Assembly: GCA_043228905.1 (NCBI GenBank)
Contig: JBHGNT010001440.1
Location: forward strand, 1 to 8,452
Reading direction: 5' to 3'
DNA length: 8,452 bases
Source: Azolla caroliniana
Taxonomy: Eukaryota > Plantae > Polypodiophyta
Shown here in pieces: positions 1 through 8,375 of this stretch. Within the stretch, counting starts at the first letter, position 1. The number at the start of each line of letters is the position of its first letter. A program made the translations under genes and the position numbers. The notes beneath the pieces were generated by a model. That model was not told the origin of the DNA. It did no database searches and saw only the letters and a list, made by a program, of their open reading frames with translations.

Positions 1-1074
1 GATCTTCTTATCACAGGTGCCCACCATTCCATGATCACTTAAAAAGATAAGGGAAACATCATCAAGAATGCCCCGTGTTTCTAAACCGTCTAAAAGCTTT
101 CCAATCATTTGATCAACATGTGTTATTGCTTCATCAATGTGAGGATCATCGGGTCCATATAAATGACCACTATGATCTGGCTCTTCAAAGTAAAGTGTAA
201 GAAAACTTGGCCTTTTTTCTTCATCTTCAATATCGAAGTAATGAAGGATTGTCTCTACTCTTTCTTCATAGGGAATGGAAGAATTATAACTGTGGCAATA
301 AGGTAGAGTGCAGTTCCAAGCTCCTTTTGATACATCACTACCGGGCCAGAAATAGGTAGCAGCGATGAGTCCATTTTTAGTCACAGTTTCCCAAATAGGC
401 TCACCATATTTCCACCATTTTGGGTCAATAACACCGGGATGAAAAGATTCTTCGGCCCTGTCGTTATCTTTATCCATATTCTTGTCTTTATCATCATCAT
501 CATTGTGATAAGGATGAGATATGGATGGATCTTTGAAGTAATTTGATACTATTCCATGGGATGCAGGGAAAAGACCTGTGGCTATGGTGTAATGATTCGG
601 GAATGTTAGGGTTGGATACACAGAGATAATACCTGGGATCGCTTCTGTGCCATTGGATCTGAGACGATCGATGGCAGGCAATGCTACTTTCCAATGATAC
701 CCATACCTGAAACCATCTGATGAGATCAGGAGAACTACCGGTCTTTTCAGGTTTTGCAGAGGTCGAGAAAAACCCCATCTTTCTGCGTTGGTTGTCTCTG
801 TATTGTCTCTAGGGTGTGCTACTCTGTTGTCTTTGCAGGCGAAGAAGGCGAAGAAGAGGGCGATGATGGCGACGAGGGTTGAGATGGCAGAGATCGCGAT
901 GGGGACGGGTAAAGCACAAGATTTTGATGGAAGATATGGGGATGGCGATGGGGATGGCGATGGGGACGAAGAAGGAGAAGAAGAAGCAGGTAGCAATGGT
1001 TTTTTCTCTGCTTCTCCCGGCTGTTGATCAGGCAAAGAAGAAGAGGAAGAAGAAGAGATGTGGAGAGACCCCAT
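1..1074 (-). CDS. Type I phosphodiesterase / nucleotide pyrophosphatase (ENPP/NPP family, alkaline phosphatase superfamily); type II membrane protein; 3'-partial (first 358 codons)
   Basis: Manual minus-strand translation is open from ATG 1074 to base 1: MGSLHISSSSSSSLPDQQPGEAEKKPLL...(SP)5...IAISAISTLVAIIALFFAFFAC (TM)...RPLQNLKRPVVLLISSDGFRYGY...VYPTLTFPNHYTIATGLFPASHGIVSN...KWWKYGEPIWETV...AATYFWPGSDV...PYEERVETILHYFD...PSFLTLYFEEPDHSGHLYGPDD...IFLSDHGMVGTCDKKI. The hallmark NPP motifs are present: SDG (metal Asp), PTxTFPNH (Thr nucleophile), EPDxxGH and SDHG (Zn ligands). An alternative in-frame ATG lies at 1089 (adds MQQEV). Confidence 0.96.
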   Translation of the reverse strand, partial: MGSLHISSSSSSSLPDQQPGEAEKKPLLPASSSPSSSPSPSPSPSPYLPSKSCALPVPIAISAISTLVAIIALFFAFFACKDNRVAHPRDNTETTNAERWGFSRPLQNLKRPVVLLISSDGFRYGYHWKVALPAIDRLRSNGTEAIPGIISVYPTLTFPNHYTIATGLFPASHGIVSNYFKDPSISHPYHNDDDDKDKNMDKDNDRAEESFHPGVIDPKWWKYGEPIWETVTKNGLIAATYFWPGSDVSKGAWNCTLPYCHSYNSSIPYEERVETILHYFDIEDEEKRPSFLTLYFEEPDHSGHLYGPDDPHIDEAITHVDQMIGKLLDGLETRGILDDVSLIFLSDHGMVGTCDKKI

Positions 1075-1199
1075 TACTTCCTGCTGCATATACACATCAA
1101 TAATTCCCACTCGGACACATGCAGCAGATTTTGTTCTTCCATTTCCATGGTGGTGTCCGCGGCGGCGGCCGCGGGCCACACCAAGAATCCGAAATCCAT
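1074..1199 (-). other. Candidate uORF (41 aa) upstream of the ENPP CDS, stop overlapping the main start (TAATG)
   Basis: ATG 1199 to TAA 1076-1074 gives MDFGFLVWPAAAAADTTMEMEEQNLLHVSEWELLMCICSRK*. The last A of TAA is the A of the ENPP ATG. It is only a uORF if the TSS lies upstream of 1199, which is not verifiable here. Confidence 0.4.
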
Positions 1200-1234
1200 T
1201 CCCGTGTCGATGACAAATCTCTTATCTCATTCAT
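1097..1234 (-). other. Candidate uORF (45 aa) in a different frame of the ENPP leader
   Basis: ATG 1234 to TGA 1099-1097 gives MNEIRDLSSTREWISDSWCGPRPPPRTPPWKWKNKICCMCPSGNY*. Depends on TSS position. Confidence 0.3.
1151..1183. promoter_or_regulatory. GC-rich inverted repeat / RNA hairpin in the putative ENPP 5' leader
   Basis: TGGTGT-CCGCGGC-[GGCG]-GCCGCGG-(GCC)-ACACCA: 13 Watson-Crick pairs, a 4-nt loop and a 3-nt bulge. Confidence 0.6.
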
Positions 1235-2185
1235 GAATCGATCCCGCCCGGGCTCTTCGCCTTCCTCTCCTAGAATGTGTTATTGTCATGGATCTTGTCT
1301 TCTTGTGCTCAACGCTTGAAGATTTCCCCTCCATTTGTTGCATACTTTGGTGATAAATGTCCTGCCCTATCCTTAGCCTATACCTTTTGTGATCTAGATG
1401 CTAGAGATGGTCCTAGACCCCCGTCATTCATTGCATACTATTGTTATTATATTTTGAAGTTTGCTTCATTATCAAACACTTCCCATGATAAGTCTCGAAC
1501 AGGAAATTCTTAGTTAGTTGGAGATGGATCTATTATAAGGAGATGTTGAGATTAATTGCAGCTGTTTACCCTATTACTTGTCTTGAAGATATGTTGAGAA
1601 ACCACTAGTTTGCAAGAGTATCATTAAAACATGATATTTATTGCCTTGTCTCGGATCTCCATCATTGATCTAAGGAAATTGAGAGATCCCATACCTACCA
1701 TATCAAAAACAACTTTTATTGGCATCATATGTGTAAGACGAAGTGCCATGAATCTGATTTCGAATTGTTCACATGCATGTGCTAACATGTGTATTACATT
1801 AGAGAATGAGGAGCCTAACGTTAACATTATCTGCCATCCTCATGTAAGACATGAACCATGCAAACACATTCCAAATGTCTAGTGCTATGGCCTTACTTTT
1901 TATCATGACTCAAAACGTTTAGGATGTGATCATGATTCACAGCATAACCTCATATGTACATTCTCCCAATGCATCAACACAAAGTTTATGAATGAATGGC
2001 TTTGTACCACACTTATTTGCAAACAAAATTCACCTTTGATTAATCTATGACCCAATGGTGATGTAGCATGTCCCAAGTCTAGTGTTCAAAGACATCCTCC
2101 TGCTCCCCATGAAGAAAATCCATCAGCATGACATAACTATTCATAAAATTGCATCTGTGACTAGTTCCAAAAACAATGAACGGAA

Positions 2186-2191
2186 TTTATT
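2186..2191 (-). promoter_or_regulatory. Possible polyadenylation signal (AATAAA) of ZNF330
   Basis: AATAAA on the minus strand about 200 nt after the stop, flanked by U-rich sequence. Plant poly(A) signals are degenerate, so this is tentative. Confidence 0.35.
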
Positions 2192-2393
2192 ACCGTAGAG
2201 AGATATCTTCAATGCAAGAAATAAATATATTTTTTAAAAATGTATCACATACATGACTCAGGAACTTAAGCAATCACAACCTTCACAATCAACTTAAGAT
2301 GTGATTTAAGATACAAATGTGAGCATTTCCAACCATCACAAGATATTATAGAGCGTGAAGGTATTATTTTGTGGAAGCAGTGTAGATAACCAT

Positions 2394-2651
2394 TCACTTG
2401 GAGTTGTACTCCTTTATGTTTAATGCTGCCATTCCAAGTGTCGAACTTGATTCACCATAGCCTTGATACGTCCCATCTTCTTCTTCTTCTTCTTCTTCTT
2501 CTTCTTCTTCATCGCCGCCTTCTCCATCTTCATCATCTGCACTTTCCTCTTCATCATCATCATCTTCATTGTCATCATCATCTCCATGGTCAGAATACGT
2601 ATGACCACCGCCAGAATATGATGAATAGTAATATTCTCCTTCGCCTCCTCC
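2394..2651 (-). CDS. ZNF330: NOA36/ZNF330 coding exon 4 (acidic C-terminal tail, stop TGA)
   Basis: Follows a 101-nt intron (gttttt...gtgtag). Encodes GGGEGEYYYSSYSGGGHTYSDHGDDDDNEDDDDEEESADDEDGEGGD(E)11DGTYQGYGESSSTLGMAALNIKEYNSK*. A D/E-rich tail is typical of NOA36. The joined CDS is 972 nt (323 aa), close to the ~320 aa human protein. Confidence 0.9.
   Translation of the reverse strand, partial: GGGEGEYYYSSYSGGGHTYSDHGDDDDNEDDDDEEESADDEDGEGGDEEEEEEEEEEEDGTYQGYGESSSTLGMAALNIKEYNSK
2478..2510 (-). repeat. (GAA)11 coding microsatellite, poly-Glu in the ZNF330 tail
   Basis: 11 perfect TTC units on the plus strand, read as Glu11 in exon 4. Confidence 0.95.
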
Positions 2652-2752
2652 CTACACATTAGATAAGAGAGCTTAGGTTCAATCCGATGTTAAAAAGGGA
2701 AGGATAAAAGCAATAAAGAAAATATTTGCTAAAAAATATGAGCGGAAAAAAC

Positions 2753-2839
2753 CTGTCGTCCGAACTTGTGCTGCCTGACTGATACACTTATGTCCTTTGT
2801 TTCTTTCAGTGGATAGCTGCATTTCTTACATGTCAATGC
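2753..2839 (-). CDS. ZNF330: NOA36/ZNF330 coding exon 3
   Basis: ctgcag|GCA...CAG|gttttt; 87 nt, phase 0/0. Encodes ALTCKKCSYPLKETKDISVSVRQHKFGRQ, matching the family segment CPKCG...ETKDLSMSTR..KFGRQ. Not shown in the ORF track. Confidence 0.93.
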
Positions 2840-3412
2840 CTGCAGCATGTTCAAAGAATGTTAATAACAAGAAAAGAACAGTGGCGAAATTGTCTGCAGA
2901 GAGAGCGTTGATTTTTGAAGCATATCAATCTATTATACAGTTCTGGAAAGAGAGCAAAACAACAGTCATTATATAAAGTAATGGAAGGAGAGCATGCAAA
3001 CCGAAAGCAACAATGTAAGAAAGCTATGGAAAAAGAGCAAAAGCAGCAAGATACACAGTAAAAGTTCAAAGCAACAATGTATGATAAAATAAAAACTGTG
3101 TACAAAAAGGATGAAAACATTCAAAATCAGCATGTTAAAAGAATGTGAATAACAGCACACATATCCAAAACTACGTTATATACGGGTGGAGAGAATATAG
3201 CCATGGAAGGAGAATATGATCAATCTAGAAAAATATGAACGCGAGAACAAGATTAAAAGCAAGAGAGTGTGTCAGATTTCTCAAAGGCTTAGAAATTGGG
3301 GTGCAGCAAAGATTCAAAGCAGAAATACGAAAAAATGAAACAAGTGTCATATATGGATAAAATCATCAGCAATGGTACCTTTTCAACATTGTCATTATCA
3401 TACATATATAAT

Positions 3413-3416
3413 CACC

Positions 3417-3450
<34 letters not shown>

Positions 3451-3457
3451 TCATCAT
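3413..3457. repeat. Compound microsatellite (CAC)6(CAT)9 in ZNF330 intron 2
   Basis: Directly visible perfect compound trinucleotide repeat. Confidence 0.95.
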
Positions 3458-4614
3458 TACAGCTGAGAAGTACAGATATAACCAGCAGGCACCAGATCTG
3501 GAGAGCATTGTATGGGATATTATAAAAGACTCTGACAACCTTCAATCAATAAGGTGACATGTAGGTACAATTATCCCTTTAACAAGAAGGAAAGCCCCTT
3601 CAGAATTCATGAAGGAGAATTCTGAAAGAAATCTGCAAGGGAAGAAAGGAATCCAAAAAGAAAGGAGACCAGGTCATGTCTTCCCTTCACAAATTGACAA
3701 TGAACATAGTGTGGCAGTAAGTCAGAACGTGACATCACAGATATATATAGTCAGAAAATACGTGACAAGCTAATGCCAATTTACCAATTCGGACTTGGTG
3801 GAATTGATGCAGGAACATATCATATGATCAAATATGACAACATCATAAATAACTAGGGATGTTAGAACTATGAGAGGACATGATTCATTGGGTGGATTCT
3901 CTGCATGTTCCATGAAAGTAGTTCATCTGCTTCGCAAACGCCAACTGCAATTATTGCATACATGCTGGTCTAAACATAATTTACTTGTATCCTTATATAC
4001 CTATATTGGGACGCTAAATTATCCAGATACTGATTTGGTAGTGTTGGACAAACTACTTCTAGGGGAAGAACAAATTCGTATAAATTTGAAAATCTAGAGC
4101 TGGGTCACAAGATTTCCAGTTTCAACTAGCAGACTCTAGAGCTCCTAGGAGCGGGGGCATAAGACTGCCAGTTTGTACTCTCAGAATCTAGAAATTCTAC
4201 AAGCACATTGATACTCAAATGAAATGTCAAGAATGCTATTGTACTGCAATCCCAAGCGGTGTCATAAAACAAAGTAAGTTTATGTCTAGAATGCATTATT
4301 AGCCACTACTATGATTGTATTCAGCAAAAGACAATCTTATACGAAGATGATGATTAAGCTACGATTGTCCACAAGATGATGCTATAACATATTCAATCAA
4401 ATGAACATTAATGAATATATTTCACCAAAAATAACAGAATACCCTGAAGTCATTGAAAAGCAATAATGGAAAACCTAACATTTAATCCTTAACCAATGAA
4501 AACGATATTTTTCCTGATTGATTTGAATAACATGTAAGCAAAAAACTCAACAAGAAACAAAAACCAAGTGTCAAAATCCAGCAATTGATTGATGTTCACA
4601 AACTTTGTTTTTTA

Positions 4615-5010
<396 letters not shown>

Positions 5011-5294
5011 TCAAAATCTCAGATAAAGTTGAGGACAGAGCAAAAATGATTCACCCAGAAACATTTCTCATGCTGAATTTAACACTGCGGTGAATTTTGA
5101 TAACTTCTCTAGAGAGTGTTGTATGAGCTCAAAATAAAGCCTAGATTTGAATAATTTAATAATGCAGTGTATAAACTGATGGACATAATCAAGCCTTGCT
5201 TTTCATGAACCTACTGTAACAATTGGAATTTGTCTTTTCAAAACGGAAGTTTGGCTTAGTTCATTTAGATGATATCAGATATAGTTTCTCTATA

Positions 5295-5575
5295 GTGTAT
5301 TTGCGTATGTGTAAATGGGTAAACGCACATTTAATCATATATGTAAATACATATACACATTCAATTTTCTCTTTTCCTTTTCTCCTTGAAAGATTTCTTG
5401 TATTTTCCTATGGTAATTAAAGATGGCTCTGTATACATACATATATGTGTGTATGACATATGTATGTTGATTGTGTGTACACATATATCATGTATATGTG
5501 CATGAGAATGCCCGCCATACAAATGCATGCACATGCACAAGCACCCTGACTTGTCCATATGTATGTAAATATGGA
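5295..5575. repeat. Low-complexity alternating purine/pyrimidine (TA/TG/CA) tracts in ZNF330 intron 1
   Basis: For example gtatacatacatatatgtgtgtatgacatatgtatg...gtgtgtacacatatatcatgtatatgtgcatg. Confidence 0.6.
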
Positions 5576-5635
5576 TTACTTTTTGTTAATTTATGCAATT
5601 AGGGGAACGGTTAGATCATCCGTATAAATGGATCA

Positions 5636-6010
<375 letters not shown>

Positions 6011-6033
6011 CTAGCTCTGATCCGATCCCAGCA

Positions 6034-6060
6034 GAAGAAGAAGAAGAAAAAGAAGATGGA
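6034..6060 (-). promoter_or_regulatory. Pyrimidine-rich (CTT)n Y-patch / 5'UTR tract of ZNF330
   Basis: Minus strand reads tccatcttctttttcttcttcttcttc about 80-100 nt upstream of the ATG, typical of plant core promoters and 5'UTRs. Confidence 0.45.
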
Positions 6061-6941
6061 GTGAATCAGTTTTTCATTATTTCCTACGGGGTACCCCTCT
6101 CCTCTTGTTTTCCTTTATTTGTCTTTGGTTTGGAGTCATAGCTATATGTCCTGTAATTGAGGAAAATGAGGCTTAAGGGGGGGCATTTGAGGAAAAAAAA
6201 AAAAAGGAAAGAGAAAATTTGGAGGGTATTTATTCCAGATTGTTCCAAACACCAATCTGTCGACATACATCGACCTAGTGATCAAGTTGTTTGAAGGGTT
6301 AACTCATGAATCGATAAGAGATATTAATGCTTGGGACAAGTTTCTTCGAGTAAAGGCACACACAAGAGCAATAGTGTTTAAAAACCTTTGAATTGTAGAC
6401 CATATTGGGCTAAAATAGTCCGAGAGAGAAGGATGGAGTTTGGCCTTTTCAACGTCTTCTAAAGGCCATATTTGGGTATGATATTAATCAAGTTTGTTAT
6501 TATAAATTATACAAAAATTTGTAATCAAAGAATCATGGCAATGGAATATGACTTGTTTTATATATGTCAAGGATTAGGTGGTTGATGAAATGCTAATACA
6601 ACATAGTTACCTTTAGGATCTAGCATTCGTAGGGTGTCCAAAGGTAGCTTGCAAGAGTATAATAAAAGTGCAAGTGTACAAGGGTTGTTTTGAGAGAGTG
6701 CTTGCTCCAACACGTTAGAAATCAAATGGTGTAGAATGAAATACATGGGTTGGCATGATGGCTATCTGAACCAACTAGGCAATATTGAGATGGTTGGGCC
6801 AACTGCATCAAAATCCTGATATTATTAGTTAGATACACTAACATGGCTTCCATCAAAGAGCAAAAGCCAATGTGAGGAGACCACGGTCCACAAGGTTTTT
6901 AGTTCGATAAAGCTATGGAGTATCCAAGAGGCTTAAAAGTA

Positions 6942-6979
6942 CGAAGGTTTGAACCCAAGACCTTAGGTTGAAAGCCTAA
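6942..6979 (-). pseudogene. tRNA-like remnant (anticodon arm, variable loop, degenerate T arm); pseudo-tRNA or tRNA-derived SINE fragment
   Basis: Minus strand reads TTAGG-CTTTCAA-CCTAA GGTC TTGGG-TTCAAAC-CTTCG: a perfect 5-bp stem with a CU-NNN-AA 7-nt loop, then a B-box-like GGTTCAAACC. No D arm, A box or acceptor stem. Confidence 0.5.
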
Positions 6980-7086
6980 CAACAGAATAAAAAGTGAGAC
7001 AATATATTTTTAATTGTTTTCTTCTTGTGAGTAAAAGAGAGACTATAAATTATAATAAGTTCATTTCATTCCTTCCTCTCATCCTA

Positions 7087-7126
7087 TGTACAAAATCAAG
7101 TATTTATTATGGTGTACAAAATCAAG
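7087..7126. repeat. 14-bp direct repeat TGTACAAAATCAAG (7087-7100 and 7113-7126)
   Basis: Two identical copies separated by 12 nt. Confidence 0.85.
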
Positions 7127-7631
7127 AGAGCAAAGAATATCACCAAAAATGAAGATTTGTGAAAAATATAGATGTATTTATTTGCACATTGTTAAAACAC
7201 ACAAACAGAAGCCTGCTACCAATATATAAATTGTTGAAAGTGTGAGATATGCAACATATGTTTGCAATCTGAACAATATATTAGTTTTGGCTATTCTCAT
7301 AGCTATGCCCATCTCCTCATATGTGATTCACTTAATGTGTGTATATGTGTCTCAGACAAACACAAGCACACGTCATAAACACAAATTGTGGTTCTCTCAA
7401 ATCCGTAAGTAATATATTCATATGAGAACGTGGGAAGTAAGTTCATCAATACTCTCGCACGGCAAGGCCAATAAGGCAATGCACAAATTCTAAAATAAAA
7501 TTGAAACCAAAGTTGAGGAGCTAACATGGGGTGGCACGACTCTCTTTTTCTCACATTGGCATCTTTAGAAACATTAATATACATCTTCTTCTTATTCTTC
7601 TTCTTTGTCTCTCTTCGGCTCAAGAATGAGA

Positions 7632-7638
7632 TATAAAA
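7632..7638 (+). promoter_or_regulatory. Probable TATA box of the Ole e 1/PAC gene
   Basis: TATAAAA about 75 nt upstream of ATG 7714, leaving room for a short AC-rich 5'UTR (acacacaaaaacaaa). Confidence 0.55.
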
Positions 7639-7713
7639 GGTTGGGAAGGGAGGACATAGATATTATTGAAAGATCATTCCCTCAAAAGCAATCAACTTAC
7701 ACACAAAAACAAA

Positions 7714-7951
7714 ATGATGGTGAGGATAATGATGGAACCACTCATTAGAATTGCAGCCATATTGTTGATATTGGCTTCTACTTTAGTCAATGCTACTCGA
7801 TACAACATACATGACCTACCCCCTCCAAGCAATCCGTCTTCTTATCCTCCTCCTCCCCCTCCTTCGCCATTAGCAATCCAAGGTGTTGTCTTGTGCCAAC
7901 AATGCTCCCTCGTTGGCACCCCCTCTCTCGCTTTTTCGAAACCACTCCAAG
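7714..7951 (+). CDS. Secreted proline-rich Pollen Ole e 1 / PAC-domain cell-wall protein (AGP30/AGP31-like), coding exon 1
   Basis: ATG in an A-rich context (aaaaATG), with further in-frame ATGs at 7717, 7729 and 7732. A signal peptide (IRIAAILLILASTLVNA) is followed by a Pro-rich stretch (LPPPSNPSSYPPPPPPSP) and the Ole e 1/PAC start AIQGVVLCQQC...KPLQG. Donor CAAG|gttaat at 7951/7952, phase 1. The ORF-track start at 7666 is a TTG and is unlikely in a plant. Confidence 0.9.
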
Positions 7952-8375
7952 GTTAATTGCTATCATTTGTCTAAATAATTTATAATTGTTGGTTTTTTAA
8001 GGAAAAGCTCTTTATTAGCATTGTGAATCTATGACTTGCCTACTAAACAAGGCCTATACTAGTCTAATTTGCATGAATGGATGAGGTTTATAGAAAATGT
8101 TAATATGCAAAGTTGGGACGTATATCTTGTGTGTGGCTTATGACTCATTTCATTGTTTAATGTGTTTGCCTCATGTTGGGGTTTCCCATTAGTGATATAG
8201 TTCATTACAATAAAATGTCTAAGCATTATGTACTTATGAGTACAGAAACCATCAATATTGTATATATCATGTCTAATTCGTTATGTATGTTATACACATG
8301 TATTATTTATATGTCTTTATGCATGTATGAATTTTATATGGTTTATATCTATATAATCTTCTCTCCATCATGTAG

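Noticed and set aside
487-510. FLAG-like/enterokinase-site string YHNDDDDK in ENPP
   Set aside because: Lacks DYK, derives from a natural (GAT)n run, and there is no vector context.
500-1319. ORF-track entries overlapping the ENPP start region (500..778 -, 788..1027 +, 879..1103 +, 1024..1236 +, 1119..1319 +)
   Set aside because: They are off-frame or antisense shadows of the ENPP CDS and its GC-rich leader, with low-complexity products and no recognisable family.
1277-2150. Short ORFs or a possible transposon remnant between ZNF330 and ENPP
   Set aside because: No transposase, RT or gag motifs, terminal repeats or recognisable protein similarity.
2420-2662. Poly-Lys/Met (-) and poly-Leu/His (+) 79-aa ORFs
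   Set aside because: Alternative readings of the GAA/GAT repeats of ZNF330 exon 4. The spliced frame gives the expected acidic tail.
3272-3368. Possible intronic C/D snoRNA (TGATGA ... CTGA on the minus strand)
   Set aside because: No terminal stem, no purine before the C box and no recognisable rRNA-complementary guide. A snoRNA covariance search would be needed.
3413-3457. Potential His15 tract from (CAC)6(CAT)9
   Set aside because: No nearby start codon was seen in that frame and a stop follows three codons later. It is an intronic microsatellite antisense to ZNF330.
2851-4097. Short ORFs inside ZNF330 intron 2 (2851..3120, 2969..3160, 3372..3557, 3870..4097)
   Set aside because: Compositionally biased products of U-rich or microsatellite intron sequence with no family motifs.
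4088-4197. Cluster of CTAG-centred palindromes with weak terminal inverted similarity (MITE-like)
   Set aside because: The inverted match is short and mismatched with no clear target-site duplication.
7523-7540. Root-hair-element-like sequence AACATGGGGTGGCACGAC upstream of the cell-wall gene
   Set aside because: The spacing between TG and CACG is one base longer than the RHE consensus allows.
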